Assembly: GCA_963664115.2 (NCBI GenBank)
Contig: CAXWPJ010000009.1
Span: 640,001-704,000 of the forward strand
Length of the DNA stretch: 64,000 bases
Source of the DNA: Terriglobia bacterium
GTDB taxonomy: Bacteria; Acidobacteriota; Terriglobia; 20CM-2-55-15
Reading direction: 5' to 3'
Shown here: positions 42,952-55,109 of the stretch, piece after piece
Position numbering within the stretch: the first letter of the stretch is position 1
How the letters are laid out: every line of letters begins with the position of its first letter
Notes under the pieces: model-generated
What the model was told of the DNA's origin: nothing
Databases searched by the model: none
The model's input: the letters and a program-made list of their open reading frames with translations, nothing else
Made by a program: the position numbers and the translations under genes

Positions 42952-45105
42952 ATGACCGGGGAGCGTCATCAGAGACCCGAGGACTGGGAAAAACTGGCCT
43001 CAAAGGAGGCCAAGGGCCGTCCTTTGAGTGAGCTTGACTGGCATACACCGGAAGGCATCGTTGTCAAGCCTCTGTACACGGCCCGGGATCTGGACCAGAT
43101 TGCCCACCTCGGCAGTCTACCCGGCTTTGCCCCCTACGTCCGGGGGACGAAGGCCACGATGTATACCGGCCGGCCATGGACGGTTCGACAGTACGCGGGT
43201 TTTTCAACAGCCGAGGAATCCAACGCGTTTTATCGGACTAACCTCGCCGCGGGTCAGACAGGTCTGTCGGTTGCGTTCGACCTTGCAACACACCGCGGTT
43301 ATGACTCGGATCACCCGCGTGTCGTCGGTGACGTTGGGAATGCCGGAGTCGCAATCGACACGGTCGAAGACATGAAGATACTCTTCGACGAGATACCGCT
43401 GGAACAGATGTCGGTATCGATGACGATGAACGGGGCCGTGCTGCCAATTATGGCCATGTACATCGTTGCTGGGGAGGAACAGGGTGTCAGTCCGGATCGA
43501 CTCGCCGGCACGTTGCAGAACGACATCCTGAAAGAATTCATGGTGCGGAACACCTATATTTACCCGCCCGGGCCTTCGATGCGAATCGTCGCCGACATCA
43601 TTTCCTATACCGCCCGGAACATGCCCAAATTCAATTCGGTGTCCATATCCGGCTACCACATGCTGGAAGCCGGAGCGACCAGCGTGCAGGAATTGGGTTT
43701 TACTCTGGCCGATGGCGTGGAATACGTCCGCGCGGCGCTCGACAACGGACTGAAGGTCGATCAATTTGCGCCACGACTCTCTTTTTTCTTCGGCATCGGT
43801 ATGAATTTTTTCATGGAAGTCGCAAAACTTCGGGCCGCAAGACTGCTCTGGTCGTCACTCATACAGGAGCTGTTTTCCCCCGAAGACCCCAAATCGTTGA
43901 TGCTCAGGACGCACTGCCAGACGTCCGGAGTCAGCCTGACGAGCCGTGACCCTTACAACAACATCATTCGCACGACCGTAGAAGCTATGGCCGCGGCTCT
44001 GGGTGGAACGCAGTCGCTCCATACAAATTCGTTCGACGAGGCGCTGGCGCTACCCACGCCGTTTTCGGCTCATATCGCACGCAACACCCAGTTGGTGCTG
44101 CAAGAAGAAACCGGGATTACCAATGTCGTCGATCCACTGGCGGGTTCCTACTACGTCGAGAGCCTGACCCATTCCCTGGTCGCAGAAGCCCGCAAACTCA
44201 TCGACGAAGTCGAGGATCTGGGAGGCATGACCCAGGCGGTCGAATCAGGCATGCCGAAGATGCGAATCGAACAGGCAGCCGCCCTTCGCCAGGCCCGCGT
44301 CGACCGCGGCGAAGAGGTCGTCGTTGGAGTCAACAAGTATCAACGTGCGGACGAACCCGAAGTCGAAATCCGTGACATCAACAATACAACTGTGCGCTCC
44401 GTCCAGATCGGGCGTCTGGAGACCGTTCGCAGAGAAAGAGACCCATCGGAATGCCAGGCTCGACTGGATGCTCTGACCACTGCAGCCGAAGAACGCGCCA
44501 CAAACCTGCTTGAACTGGCCGTCGGTGCTGCGCGGGCGCGCGCCAGCGTCGGCGAAATTTCTGACGCCATGGAAAAAGTATATGGGCGCCATCGGGCAGT
44601 TATACGCTCGATTAGCGGCGTCTACAGTTCGGCCTACGAAGGAGACAGCGGCTTCATGAAGATCCAGCAAGAGATCGAAGCGTTTGCGCGGGAAGAGGGC
44701 CGCCGGCCCCGCATCCTGATAGCCAAACTGGGTCAGGACGGACATGACCGCGGAGCCAAGGTAATCGCGACAGCGTTCGCTGACATCGGGTTTGACGTCG
44801 ACATTGGACCGCTATTTCAAACTCCGGAAGAAGCGGCCCGTCACGCCATCGAAAACGACGTTCACGTGGTCGGCGTGTCATCTCAAGCAGCAGGACATAA
44901 AACCCTGGTTCCCCAATTATTGGATTCGCTCAAGAAAAACGGTGCAGACGAGATCATCGTCGTATGCGGCGGCGTCATCCCACCGAAGGACTACGGCGCA
45001 CTGAAAGCGGCCGGCGTCGCCGCAGTGTACGGACCGGGAACGAATATACCGGCAGCGGCCGTCGAGGTGCTGAACCTGATTCGGGAAAGGCGAAAGGCTG
45101 CCTGA
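42952..45105 (+). CDS. scpA: Methylmalonyl-CoA mutase (fused B12 domain)
   Basis: [40 protein letters not shown]. Confidence 0.96.
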   Translation: MTGERHQRPEDWEKLASKEAKGRPLSELDWHTPEGIVVKPLYTARDLDQIAHLGSLPGFAPYVRGTKATMYTGRPWTVRQYAGFSTAEESNAFYRTNLAAGQTGLSVAFDLATHRGYDSDHPRVVGDVGNAGVAIDTVEDMKILFDEIPLEQMSVSMTMNGAVLPIMAMYIVAGEEQGVSPDRLAGTLQNDILKEFMVRNTYIYPPGPSMRIVADIISYTARNMPKFNSVSISGYHMLEAGATSVQELGFTLADGVEYVRAALDNGLKVDQFAPRLSFFFGIGMNFFMEVAKLRAARLLWSSLIQELFSPEDPKSLMLRTHCQTSGVSLTSRDPYNNIIRTTVEAMAAALGGTQSLHTNSFDEALALPTPFSAHIARNTQLVLQEETGITNVVDPLAGSYYVESLTHSLVAEARKLIDEVEDLGGMTQAVESGMPKMRIEQAAALRQARVDRGEEVVVGVNKYQRADEPEVEIRDINNTTVRSVQIGRLETVRRERDPSECQARLDALTTAAEERATNLLELAVGAARARASVGEISDAMEKVYGRHRAVIRSISGVYSSAYEGDSGFMKIQQEIEAFAREEGRRPRILIAKLGQDGHDRGAKVIATAFADIGFDVDIGPLFQTPEEAARHAIENDVHVVGVSSQAAGHKTLVPQLLDSLKKNGADEIIVVCGGVIPPKDYGALKAAGVAAVYGPGTNIPAAAVEVLNLIRERRKAA

Positions 45106-45136
45106 CTCTCTAACGACAGGTTAATCGGAGACTTTC

Positions 45137-46669
45137 ATGCAAGACATCATTGATCAACTGGAACAGATGCGCTCCGCCGCAAAGCTGGGCGGCGGCGAGG
45201 ATCGTGTCCGCAAACAACATGCCAAGGGCAAGCTAACCGCGCGCGAGCGAATCGAATTGCTGCTGGACTCAGGCAGCTTCGAAGAGTGGGACATGTTTGT
45301 AGAACATCGCTCGAACGATTTCGGGATGAGCGACAACAAAATACCCGGCGATGGCGTTGTTACCGGGTACGGGACAATCAACGGCCGGCTCGTGTTCGTA
45401 TTCAGCCAGGACTTCACGGTATTCGGTGGATCACTGTCGGAGGCCCACGCCGAAAAGATCTGCAAGATCATGAAGCAAGCCATCAAGGTCGGTGCTCCGC
45501 TGATCGGGCTGAATGATTCAGGCGGCGCGCGCATCCAGGAGGGAGTCGCCTCACTGGGTGGCTACGCAGACGTCTTTCAGCAGAATGTGCTTGCCTCGGG
45601 CGTCGTGCCTCAAATTTCTCTGATCATGGGCCCCTGCGCTGGAGGCGCCGTATATTCCCCTGCAATCACCGACTTCATCTTCATGGTGAGAGACAGTTCT
45701 TACATGTTCGTGACAGGTCCCGATGTTGTTAAGACTGTGACCCATGAAGAAGTCACTGCCGAGGAACTCGGTGGCGCCGTCACGCACAACACAAAGTCCG
45801 GAGTCGCCAACCTGGCATTCGAGAACGACATAGAGGCGCTGTTGATGACGCGCCGCCTGGTCACGTTCCTGCCGCCGAACAACCGCAGCAAGCCACCCGT
45901 CTGGCCTACTTCCGACCCGATGGACCGCGTGGAACGGTCTTTGGACAGTCTGGTGCCGGACGATCCAGCGAAACCTTATGACATGAAGGAACTCATCACG
46001 AAAGTTGGGGACGAGAGCGATTTTTTTGAGATGCAACCCGAATTCGCCCGGAACATTATTATCGGGTTCATCCGCATGAATGGATCGACAATCGGTGTGG
46101 TCGCCAATCAACCGATGGTCCTGGCCGGTTGCCTGGATATCGATTCGTCGGTAAAGGCGGCACGATTCGTACGATTCTGCGACGCCTTCAACATACCGAT
46201 CCTGACGCTCGTGGACGTGCCGGGGTTCATGCCGGGCACAGCCCAGGAGTACGGCGGCATTATCAAGCAGGGCGCGAAATTGCTGTATGCATTCGCTGAA
46301 GCGACTATACCCAAGGTCACCGTGATCACCCGTAAGGCCTATGGAGGCGCCTATGACGTCATGTCCTCCAAGCATCTTCGGGGGGACGTCAATTTCGCAT
46401 GGCCGAGTGCAGAAATAGCCGTCATGGGCCCAAAAGGGGCCGTAGAGATCATTTTTCGCCAGGACATGGGCGACGCGGAAAAGATCGCGGAACGGACTGA
46501 AGAGTACCGGAAAAAGTTTGCGAACCCGTTCATCGCCAGCAGTCGGGGATATATCGACGATGTCATCATGCCGAGAAATACCCGTGCACGCGTCGCGCGA
46601 TCCTTCGCGATGCTGCGAGACAAGCAACTGGAAAATCCCTGGCGCAAACATGGAAACATACCTTTATAG
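45137..46669 (+). CDS. pccB: Propionyl-CoA carboxylase beta (carboxyltransferase) subunit
   Basis: [35 protein letters not shown]-terminus. Confidence 0.94.
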   Translation: MQDIIDQLEQMRSAAKLGGGEDRVRKQHAKGKLTARERIELLLDSGSFEEWDMFVEHRSNDFGMSDNKIPGDGVVTGYGTINGRLVFVFSQDFTVFGGSLSEAHAEKICKIMKQAIKVGAPLIGLNDSGGARIQEGVASLGGYADVFQQNVLASGVVPQISLIMGPCAGGAVYSPAITDFIFMVRDSSYMFVTGPDVVKTVTHEEVTAEELGGAVTHNTKSGVANLAFENDIEALLMTRRLVTFLPPNNRSKPPVWPTSDPMDRVERSLDSLVPDDPAKPYDMKELITKVGDESDFFEMQPEFARNIIIGFIRMNGSTIGVVANQPMVLAGCLDIDSSVKAARFVRFCDAFNIPILTLVDVPGFMPGTAQEYGGIIKQGAKLLYAFAEATIPKVTVITRKAYGGAYDVMSSKHLRGDVNFAWPSAEIAVMGPKGAVEIIFRQDMGDAEKIAERTEEYRKKFANPFIASSRGYIDDVIMPRNTRARVARSFAMLRDKQLENPWRKHGNIPL

Positions 46670-46698
46670 AAGCAAGGCGATTTCAAAACAGTAACAAC

Positions 46699-48684
46699 AT
46701 GTTCGACAAGATCTTGATAGCAAACCGAGGCGAAATCGCCTGCCGGGTCATAAAGACTGCACGGCGCATGGGTATCCGCACAGTGGCGATTTACTCCGAC
46801 GCCGACAACGACGCGCTGCACCGACGCATGGCGGATGAAGCTGTTCGCGTCGGCGGCGCGCCCGCAGCCGAGAGCTATCTGGTGCTGGATAACATCCTCG
46901 AAGCCGCAAAGAAAACCGGTGCGCAGGCGGTGCATCCCGGCTACGGATTTCTTTCGGAGAATCCAGCCTTTGCGGAAGCTCTTGCAGGCACCGGAATCAC
47001 CTTCATTGGTCCGGGCATCAAAGCGATCACATGCATGGGCGACAAGATCACGTCCAAAAGACTCGCTACAGAGGCAGGAGTGAACACGATTCCCGGGTTT
47101 ACCGACACAATCGAGAGTCCCAACCATGCCGTTGAGGTCGCGCGTGAGATCGGCTACCCCGTCATGCTCAAAGCCAGCGCCGGAGGCGGCGGGAAAGGCA
47201 TGCGCGTTGTCACCAGCGACGAGGAAGCGCGTGATGGTTTCGAACGGGCGAGGAACGAGGCTCAGGCGAGCTTCGGCGACGGCCGCATCTTTGCCGAAAA
47301 ATTTATAGAAGATCCGCGACATATCGAAATCCAGGTCCTCGCCGATACGCACGGCAACACAATCCACCTGGGCGAACGCGAATGTTCCATTCAGCGGCGC
47401 CACCAGAAAGTCATCGAAGAGGCCCCGTCGCCGTTTCTGAACAAGACGACGCGCGAGGCTATGGGGAAACAGGCGGTGGCCCTGGCTAAAGCGGTCGATT
47501 ACTGTTCCGCGGGGACGGTCGAATTCATCGTCGACGCGAAGCGTAACTTCTACTTCCTCGAGATGAATACTCGCTTGCAAGTCGAACACCCCGTAACCGA
47601 GTTGGTGACCGGCCTGGACCTTGTGGAACAGATGATTCGTATAGCTGCAGGTGAAGAACTGGGGATCAGACAAAAAGACGTGGCGCTTAAGGGCTGGGCG
47701 ATCGAAAGCCGCGTTTATGCGGAAGATCCGTTTCGCAACTTCATGCCGTCCACGGGCCGGCTGGTACGATACCAGGCGCCGGCTGAAACCGAAGGCACAC
47801 GCGTTGACACCGGGATCGAAGAAGGCGGCGAAGTTTCGATCTTCTACGATCCGATGATTGCCAAAGTCATTACTTACGGCATTGATCGGTCACAGGCCTT
47901 ATCACGTATGGGTGACGCTTTGGACGCCTATTACATTCGCGGTGTATCCCACAACATCGGCTTCCTGAACGCACTGATTTCCCATCCGAGGTTTATCAAG
48001 GGAAAGCTGAGTACGAGTTTCATCGCGGACGAATACCCGGATGGGTTTCACGCAAGCGATGTTCCGCATGACGATCCAGGACTTCCTATAGCCGTAGCTG
48101 CTGCAATTCACCAGAAGCATATGATCCGGGGAGCGCAGTTGACAGGCCAGTTGCCCAGTCACGAACGCCAGGTCGATGAGAAATGGACGGTCATCATCGA
48201 TCAGGAACACTGGCCGGTCACGGTAACGTCAGTCGAAACCGGCTTCGAAATCCTCAACGGCACGAGCACTTACCAAGTGACGACCGAATGGAAAATCGGC
48301 GAACCCTTGTTCCGAGCCGAAGTGAACGGGCAAACCGTCTGTGTACAGGTCGACGAAAACGGCGCAGCCTACCGCTTGTCCCACCGGGGTTCACAGGTCG
48401 ATGCCCTGGTAATTACTCAAAAAGCGGCTGAGCTGAACCGTCACATGATTCCAAAGCAACCACCGGATCTGTCCAAATTCCTGTTATCGCCTATGCCGGG
48501 GTTGTTGATCCATCTTCCGGTGAAAGCTGGAGACGAAATCAAGGCTGGTGAGGAACTGGCGGTCGTCGAGGCGATGAAAATGGAGAACAGCCTGAGAGCG
48601 TCTGAAGACGTCGTCATCGCGAAGACGCTCGCTGCCAAAGGCGATAGCCTCGTCGTCGACCAAGCGATCGTGGAATTCGAATAG
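46699..48684 (+). CDS. pccA: Propionyl-CoA carboxylase alpha subunit (biotin carboxylase plus biotinyl domain)
   Basis: ANRGEIA, HPGYGFLSEN, GGGGKGMR, RECSIQRR, EAMKM biotinylation motif. Confidence 0.94.
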   Translation: MFDKILIANRGEIACRVIKTARRMGIRTVAIYSDADNDALHRRMADEAVRVGGAPAAESYLVLDNILEAAKKTGAQAVHPGYGFLSENPAFAEALAGTGITFIGPGIKAITCMGDKITSKRLATEAGVNTIPGFTDTIESPNHAVEVAREIGYPVMLKASAGGGGKGMRVVTSDEEARDGFERARNEAQASFGDGRIFAEKFIEDPRHIEIQVLADTHGNTIHLGERECSIQRRHQKVIEEAPSPFLNKTTREAMGKQAVALAKAVDYCSAGTVEFIVDAKRNFYFLEMNTRLQVEHPVTELVTGLDLVEQMIRIAAGEELGIRQKDVALKGWAIESRVYAEDPFRNFMPSTGRLVRYQAPAETEGTRVDTGIEEGGEVSIFYDPMIAKVITYGIDRSQALSRMGDALDAYYIRGVSHNIGFLNALISHPRFIKGKLSTSFIADEYPDGFHASDVPHDDPGLPIAVAAAIHQKHMIRGAQLTGQLPSHERQVDEKWTVIIDQEHWPVTVTSVETGFEILNGTSTYQVTTEWKIGEPLFRAEVNGQTVCVQVDENGAAYRLSHRGSQVDALVITQKAAELNRHMIPKQPPDLSKFLLSPMPGLLIHLPVKAGDEIKAGEELAVVEAMKMENSLRASEDVVIAKTLAAKGDSLVVDQAIVEFE

Positions 48685-48690
48685 CGCGGC

Positions 48691-49689
48691 ATGTCGTCAC
48701 AGGATGCCAAAGAGCTCGCTTCGACCGTACTCGGGGGAGATCGCCGAGCGCTTGCCCAGGCCATCACGCTGATCGAGTCGACCCGCCTTGATGACCGTCA
48801 AGCGGCTCAGGTGCTCCTTGAAAAACTCGTTCCACGAGCAGGTCAGTCCCTTCGAATCGGAATTTCCGGTGTTCCGGGTGTCGGAAAATCCACGTTCATC
48901 GAAAGCCTCGGAAATTTCCTGATCGACGAGGGTCACAAAGTTGCCGTGCTCGCTGTGGACCCCTCTTCGGCAATAAGCGGCGGTTCGATACTCGGCGACA
49001 AGACGCGTATGGAGCATCTATCCAAGCGTCCGGAGGCGTTTATTCGCCCATCTCCTTCGGGAACAAAACTCGGCGGCGTGACCCGCCGCACCCGTGAAAC
49101 GATGTTGGTGGTTGAAGCCGCCGGGTTCGACGTATTGCTGGTCGAAACTGTCGGGGTCGGGCAATCTGAAACCTCTGTCTCGGAAATGACCGATATGTTC
49201 ATCCTGATGCTGTTGCCTGGTGGAGGTGATGAACTGCAAGGAATCAAGCGGGGCATCGTCGAACTCGCAGACCTGATCCTGGTCAACAAGGCCGATGGAA
49301 ACCTGTTACCTGTGGCCCAACGTTCGGTCGCCGACTATCGGAACGCGTTGCATTTGCTGCACCCGCGCAGCGCGCACTGGGAGGTTCCGGTTGAGGGCTA
49401 CTCGGCCCTCGAAGGCTCCGACACTTCCCGAGTGTGGGACATCGTCGAGCGATACCGGACGACGCTGTCAGACGCGGGCGAAATCGAACAGAAACGTGCG
49501 GACCAGGCAAGGGCATGGATGTGGAGCGAAGTTACAGACGCGCTCGTTGATGAACTTAAAGACGACCCTGATGTTAAGGCGCAGGTCAGCCAACTCGAGG
49601 AAGAAGTGACAAACGGTAAAACGTTGCCGACGGTTGCGGCGCAGGAATTGATCACTGCGTTCCTGAAACGCCAGATTGGAGGATCATGA
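48691..49689 (+). CDS. meaB: MeaB/ArgK GTPase (paralogue 2)
   Basis: GVPGVGKST, GGSILGDKTRM, ETVGVGQSE, NKAD. Confidence 0.94.
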   Translation: MSSQDAKELASTVLGGDRRALAQAITLIESTRLDDRQAAQVLLEKLVPRAGQSLRIGISGVPGVGKSTFIESLGNFLIDEGHKVAVLAVDPSSAISGGSILGDKTRMEHLSKRPEAFIRPSPSGTKLGGVTRRTRETMLVVEAAGFDVLLVETVGVGQSETSVSEMTDMFILMLLPGGGDELQGIKRGIVELADLILVNKADGNLLPVAQRSVADYRNALHLLHPRSAHWEVPVEGYSALEGSDTSRVWDIVERYRTTLSDAGEIEQKRADQARAWMWSEVTDALVDELKDDPDVKAQVSQLEEEVTNGKTLPTVAAQELITAFLKRQIGGS

Positions 49690-50090
49690 TCGGAAGGCTC
49701 AATCATGTCGCAATAGCGGTTCCGGATATCAACCAAGCGGTCGCCGTTTATGAGGGGCTATTGGGGGCCACGGTGTCGCCACCGGTCCGGCTCCCCGAGC
49801 ACGGTGTGACGACGGTCTTCGTTGAACTGCCAAACACCAAAATAGAATTGCTACATCCGCTGGGTGAAGGCTCACCGATAGAACGGTTTCTCGAACGCAA
49901 CCCTGCTGGCGGAATGCATCACGTTTGCTACGAAGTGGGAGACATTACCGTCGCCCGTGACAAGCTGACCGCGGAGGGCGCCAGGGTCCTGGGCAACGGT
50001 GAACCAACTATGGGTGCCCACGGAAAGCCGGTACTGTTTCTCCATCCTAAAGACTTCTGTGGAACCCTGATCGAGCTCGAGCAGGTCTGA
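49686..50090 (+). CDS. mce: Methylmalonyl-CoA epimerase
   Basis: LNHVAIAV, EHGV, GG.HH.C.EV, FLHPK, ELEQ; ATGA overlap with meaB. Confidence 0.95.
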   Translation: MIGRLNHVAIAVPDINQAVAVYEGLLGATVSPPVRLPEHGVTTVFVELPNTKIELLHPLGEGSPIERFLERNPAGGMHHVCYEVGDITVARDKLTAEGARVLGNGEPTMGAHGKPVLFLHPKDFCGTLIELEQV

Positions 50091-50128
50091 CGCAGCGATG
50101 AACGACGCTTGAATTGACCCTCCGGAGA

Positions 50129-51259
50129 CTATCCGAAAACGTAAAGGACGCCGTCCGTCGAGCCGATCACGACTCGGCCGCTGGCGATCGCTGGAGACGC
50201 CGTCAGATCCGCGCCCGTGTTGAACTCCCACAGCTTCGATCCCGTGGCGGCGTCGAGCACATACAGTCGACCATCACTGGAACCGATGTACACGCGACCG
50301 CCCGCGATTGCGGGGGAGGAATCGACTCGCGCACGTGTCTCGAAGGTCCACAAAGATTGGCCCGTAGCCGCGTCGATCGCATGCACGAACTTATCCCGTC
50401 CGCCAAGAATAATGCGGCCCTGGGCCAATGCTGCGGAAGAGTAGTAGGGAAACTCTCTGTTCGGATTCCTGTAACGCCAGACAACTCCGCGACCAGTCAA
50501 ATCGAGCGCGAGCACTTCATGCTCGAAGGTCCCGAAATACGCGCGATCGCCGCCTATCAAGGGTGAAGCCGCCGTATACGCACCGGCGACGATCTGGTAG
50601 GCCTCGGTCCCATCTGCAACACGCACGGCACGAAAGATTCCATCGCACCCCGCTATAAAGGCCAGCCCGTCGGCGACCGCGGGTGTCGCGTGCACCATGT
50701 TGTCGGTCTGAATTTTCCAACGGAGGCTGCCGTCATTTGCGTCGAGGGCATACAAATGGGTGTCGTAGGAGCCGATAAGCACGAGATCGTCCACGACTAC
50801 AGGTGACGATTTGATCTCCCCATCGGTTGTAAAGGCCCACACCCGCTTGCCGTCGCCAAGGTTCACCGCGTGAACAATTCCGTCGAGATCACCGACGTAG
50901 ACGGTGTCTTGACCGACCGCCGGGGAAGACTCCATGATGAAACTCCCAGTGGAGTATGCCCACTTGAGTTCTCCAGAATCCAGGTCGAGAGCAAGAAGGT
51001 CACCGTTGCCGACGCCAACGTAAACAACACCGTCCGCGACCGCGGCTGATGAATCGATCGCGTCACCCGTTTCATAGCTCCACAACAGTTCCAAACTGCT
51101 GGGAGGGTTCGTGGCCGCGACACCTGTAAGGGAGGGGTTGCCCCGGAATTGATTCCAATCGCTACTCCGAGTTCCGGGCTGCGTCTGAGCGGACGCAAAC
51201 GTTGTCACGCTCGCGAGGAGCAGAAGAACGGGCAGCTTCAACATCACGCCGGACATCAT
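50129..51259 (-). CDS. Exported PQQ-like (BamB-type) beta-propeller protein
   Basis: Signal peptide, W.QFRG, repeated SSP.../ALD...G...W blades; start uncertain (51244 or 51259). Confidence 0.85.
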   Translation of the reverse strand: MMSGVMLKLPVLLLLASVTTFASAQTQPGTRSSDWNQFRGNPSLTGVAATNPPSSLELLWSYETGDAIDSSAAVADGVVYVGVGNGDLLALDLDSGELKWAYSTGSFIMESSPAVGQDTVYVGDLDGIVHAVNLGDGKRVWAFTTDGEIKSSPVVVDDLVLIGSYDTHLYALDANDGSLRWKIQTDNMVHATPAVADGLAFIAGCDGIFRAVRVADGTEAYQIVAGAYTAASPLIGGDRAYFGTFEHEVLALDLTGRGVVWRYRNPNREFPYYSSAALAQGRIILGGRDKFVHAIDAATGQSLWTFETRARVDSSPAIAGGRVYIGSSDGRLYVLDAATGSKLWEFNTGADLTASPAIASGRVVIGSTDGVLYVFG

Positions 51260-51281
51260 GGACTTTATAGCGTTACCTCGA

Positions 51282-52745
51282 TTACTCGACCGACAGCGCA
51301 AACAGCTGGTTGCGGTTGTTCATGAACAACGCGCCGTTCGCCGGGACGACCGTCGAATACACGGCACTCCCCATATTCATTTCAGCAAGCACAGTCTCGT
51401 TCCGTCCGTGGGCGAGGACGACAACGTCGCCATCCTCGTCTCCGATATAGACCTTGTCGTCAACGACGAATGCTGAGCCCCAAACCGATGCAAACGTATC
51501 GTGAACCCAAAAGGGCTCTCCGGTGGTCGCATCGAGACAATGCACAAAGCCGCTGAAGTCCGCGATGTAGACCAAACCATCAGTGACAGCAGCCGTGGAA
51601 ACGGAACGGCGGATGTCCTCGTAATGCCAGATTACACCGCTTTCTGTGATGTCGCCTCGCCCCGTAGCATCGAGAGCGTAAAAATGCCCGACACCTTCCC
51701 CGTGCTCGGGGTCCTGCCCGTTAGCGATGTATACACGGTTCTCATACACCACCGGCGTTGAAATGACTTCATTGCGCGTTCGAGGCCACACCGAGTCCTT
51801 GGGATTCGTGTCAAACTCCCAGAGCTTTTCACCGGTCTGGGCCACGTATCCGCGCACCCACCCGTCACCCTGGGCTGAAACCACCTGGACGACACCATCG
51901 ACCTCACCTACAGCCGGGGTAGACCACTGTCCGTGCAGAATCCGATCCTCGACGGAGTTATCTTCCCAGACCCACTCCCCCGTGTCTTTGTTGATCGCCA
52001 CAATCGACGGTGCAAACGGAGATGGAACGTTGACATGACTCTCATCGTGACCGTTGGATGTGCTGACGAATATCAGATCGCCCCACATGACTGGAGACGA
52101 ATTCGACAAGTTATGGGGGTAGGCACCGACCTCTTCCAACATGTCGAACTCCCAAAGGACATCGGCATCGAATTCTCCAGTGCGTCCCTCATCAGTGATC
52201 GCACCGTCGTTTTCGCCGTCCCGGAAACCCTGGATGTCCAGCGCGGTAACAACTCCACGATTCGTCGTGTAAAAGAGGCGATCATCCACAACGAGAGGTG
52301 AGGAGGCCACGCCTTGAAACGGCCAGTCGTTTACCCGTCCCGCCTCCAGCTTCATGGTCGTCTGCTGCCAGAGGAACTCGCCGTCGGACTCTCGAAACGC
52401 CATCAGTACACCGCGATCCCCTGGTTGCTCCGGATCACGCAGTAATTCGTTGTTGGTACCCACGAACACCATGCCTCCGGAAACAACCGGATTGCCATAG
52501 CTCTGCGAACCCAGATCGGCCACCCATTTAACATTCCTTCCGGTTTCCACGTCCCAGTCGCCCGGCAGTCCAGTCATTTCCGACACCATGTTGCGGTCCG
52601 CAGTTCCACCCCACATAGGCCAGTCACCGTTTCCGGGTTCTCCCGACTGTGTTGGCGCCGACGCGCTCTCAAGGGCGAAACCCAAAGCGATGATGAGAAT
52701 TGCAATAGGCCTTGAGTTCTTCCAAAAGCGCCTGTATCCGTTCAT
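51282..52745 (-). CDS. Exported PQQ-like beta-propeller protein with acidic insertions
   Basis: Signal peptide, DWPMWGG...RNM, repeated Trp-docking blades, [11 protein letters not shown] loop. Confidence 0.85.
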   Translation of the reverse strand: MNGYRRFWKNSRPIAILIIALGFALESASAPTQSGEPGNGDWPMWGGTADRNMVSEMTGLPGDWDVETGRNVKWVADLGSQSYGNPVVSGGMVFVGTNNELLRDPEQPGDRGVLMAFRESDGEFLWQQTTMKLEAGRVNDWPFQGVASSPLVVDDRLFYTTNRGVVTALDIQGFRDGENDGAITDEGRTGEFDADVLWEFDMLEEVGAYPHNLSNSSPVMWGDLIFVSTSNGHDESHVNVPSPFAPSIVAINKDTGEWVWEDNSVEDRILHGQWSTPAVGEVDGVVQVVSAQGDGWVRGYVAQTGEKLWEFDTNPKDSVWPRTRNEVISTPVVYENRVYIANGQDPEHGEGVGHFYALDATGRGDITESGVIWHYEDIRRSVSTAAVTDGLVYIADFSGFVHCLDATTGEPFWVHDTFASVWGSAFVVDDKVYIGDEDGDVVVLAHGRNETVLAEMNMGSAVYSTVVPANGALFMNNRNQLFALSVE

Positions 52746-52762
52746 GAGCTCTGCCTTTCTTA

Positions 52763-54985
52763 CTAGTTGGCCGTTAACAAGAAGTTATCCAGATACGCCC
52801 CGAATTCGGCATCCAGAAACAGCCCCGGTGCACCCTCGCGATTCCCGATCGGGTCGACGTGGTCGATGAGCCATTCCGCCGGTTCCACATCACCGACCTG
52901 CCACGCTTTGCCCTGCACGCGGACCTGGCCGTCAGGCAGGTTTTCCACGCGCACCTTCATCCGATACCACATGTCCGGTTCCCAGCTGAATGGAATTGTC
53001 ACTGAGCGTTCGATTTCTGGCTCCCAGGGCTCAAGCTTCAGCTTCTGCGTGGTGCCATACAGAACAAGGGAATAAGTTTGGGCCGTGATTCCGACGTCGG
53101 CCATTTGGCGGCGGCGCGTCGGTGCCCTAACGTCGGCCTGAAACGTGTAGTCGGACCAGTCCGTAGGTCCGAAAAACATTCGGGCCCGTCCGAAGATCGT
53201 ATTGTCGGGAGGTTTTTCAAAGACCCGGTTCCCGTCGAGCGTCGAGACCGTAAACCGGCCCGCTTGCGCGTTGATCCATCCAGGTGGCAGCTCACCATCC
53301 ATATAGGCTTCGAACCCTTCCTCATAGGGGAACGGATGAACTACTCTGGCCCTGGATTCTCCTGTGAGTCCACCCACCGTCGCACGGATTACGCCGGCCT
53401 GTAACTGAGGCTCATTCGAAACAGTGAAGCTTCCGTCGTTACCCAGTGTTCCCTCCAGACCATCGAGTGCCCACTGAGCATCGGCCTCGCGGAGGAAACG
53501 CCCCTGGCCGTCAAACAGCCGCGCCCGAAGCTGGACAGTTTCCCCAGGTTCGAGCACCATCTCTGTGGGCACGACCTGGACGTGGGTGGGAGCGCCTTCG
53601 CCCCCGGCGATGACGTCGTCGACAGCCCATCCGTCGAGCGAGGACGCAACGCGCGAGCCAATGGCGTAAACGGCATCACTGGTAACGAAGAAAACACGGC
53701 CCCGTGAAACGGCAGCTCCCGCGACGACCTGCTCCGCGGTACCCTCGGAACTGCAACAACTGTCCGTACTCACCGGCAGCTCGACTCGACTCAGAACCTC
53801 GGCACTCGACTCTCCAGGCCGAACGATATAGAATGCGCCGCCGTTGGTCCCCACATAGATCTTGCCGTCAGCTAACACAGGTGCGGCCCGCTGGGCATTG
53901 CCGAGTGGCAGCGACCACAGCTCTTCGCCGGTTTCGGTGTCATACGCCACCAACGTCGATCCGCTGTCGATCTGATAGAGCCGGTCCCCGTCGATGACCG
54001 GGGACGCGTAACCCAACTCCCGTCCCTTCACGTTCCAGATCGTCTCTGTAATCTCTCCACTACGGCCCCCGGCGATGGCTGCGATCATGCCCAACTCGTT
54101 ACCTTCGAGGTTTTCATCGCCGTGAGAGATAAAGACAACGTCGTCCTTGACGACGACACCCGTGTTCACTGCCCGCCGCGCTGCGGGAAAGCTCCACACC
54201 ACCTCACCGGTCTGGGGCTTGATGGCATGAATACCTCCATTCCCAAGTCCCTGAATCAGCAGTCGCTGGCCGTCAATGGTCGCAATCGTCGCCGGCGCAT
54301 ATGCCGTGTCGAACGGCCGACCGCCGGGAGCAGTGACGTAAACGATCTCCCCAGTCCGTTTGTCGAGCCCCACCAGCCTATGGGCCCGATTCCAGTTCGA
54401 TCCCCAGCTGGATATCGCGGCGGATACGATCACCAGATCGCCATCGATCAGTGGGGAAGATGTCCGGCCACCGTGCGTCGTAAACGCCGCCCACTCCTCG
54501 GCAAACGATCGCTGCCAGAGAAGCTCACCGTCCGGGGTCAAAGCAACCACCATTGCGTTCCCGCTCATCGCGTAGATGTTTCCGGTTTCGGGGTCTGCAG
54601 CAGGGGAGGCCCAGCCTACCCGGTGCGGAGGGACATCGCTCTGGAATATATTGAACCGGTAGTCCCAAATCACCTCTCCGGTATCCGCGTCGAGCGCCAT
54701 CACCCGTTCCTGAAGCTCGGGCCCTCGCTCGGCAGGGTTTTGAACGTAGACGCGATTGCCCATAACGATCGGCGTCGAGCGGCCACCGTAGGGAGCGCGC
54801 CAGAGGAAGTTCGTCCCGTTCAGCTCCCATGTTTCCGGAAGGCCCGTCTCCAGCGACGAGCCGTCCCTGTGGGGACCGCGAATCTCCGGCCAATCACCCA
54901 AGGCAACCCGGCCAGGATCCTGCCCGGCTGCGATCACGACCACATTCAGCAGCAGAGTCAAAAGTAGAGCTGGTTTTCTCAACAT
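52763..54985 (-). CDS. Exported PQQ-like beta-propeller with probable Ig-like and C-terminal beta-sandwich domains
   Basis: Signal peptide, DWP..RGP..DG, repeated blades, 'V.P.E.VL.PGE' Ig-like segment, C-terminal DY...ADV / WY.MK / DNF pattern. Confidence 0.82.
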   Translation of the reverse strand: MLRKPALLLTLLLNVVVIAAGQDPGRVALGDWPEIRGPHRDGSSLETGLPETWELNGTNFLWRAPYGGRSTPIVMGNRVYVQNPAERGPELQERVMALDADTGEVIWDYRFNIFQSDVPPHRVGWASPAADPETGNIYAMSGNAMVVALTPDGELLWQRSFAEEWAAFTTHGGRTSSPLIDGDLVIVSAAISSWGSNWNRAHRLVGLDKRTGEIVYVTAPGGRPFDTAYAPATIATIDGQRLLIQGLGNGGIHAIKPQTGEVVWSFPAARRAVNTGVVVKDDVVFISHGDENLEGNELGMIAAIAGGRSGEITETIWNVKGRELGYASPVIDGDRLYQIDSGSTLVAYDTETGEELWSLPLGNAQRAAPVLADGKIYVGTNGGAFYIVRPGESSAEVLSRVELPVSTDSCCSSEGTAEQVVAGAAVSRGRVFFVTSDAVYAIGSRVASSLDGWAVDDVIAGGEGAPTHVQVVPTEMVLEPGETVQLRARLFDGQGRFLREADAQWALDGLEGTLGNDGSFTVSNEPQLQAGVIRATVGGLTGESRARVVHPFPYEEGFEAYMDGELPPGWINAQAGRFTVSTLDGNRVFEKPPDNTIFGRARMFFGPTDWSDYTFQADVRAPTRRRQMADVGITAQTYSLVLYGTTQKLKLEPWEPEIERSVTIPFSWEPDMWYRMKVRVENLPDGQVRVQGKAWQVGDVEPAEWLIDHVDPIGNREGAPGLFLDAEFGAYLDNFLLTAN

Positions 54986-55109
54986 AAGGAAATGTCCTTC
55001 GATAAATTCCTCTATGAAGAAACTACTGGCCTGGTAAGGTTGATTAAGAAATATATCGTAGGCAATTGGGGACGGGGCGAATTTCTATAAAAAAATCGTC
55101 TTCCTCCCC

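Noticed and set aside
45551-47673. Long antisense ORFs (366 and 440 aa) and similar shadow ORFs opposite ftsH, scpA and the transposases
   Set aside because: Antisense shadows of well-supported genes in GC-rich DNA, with no motifs of their own
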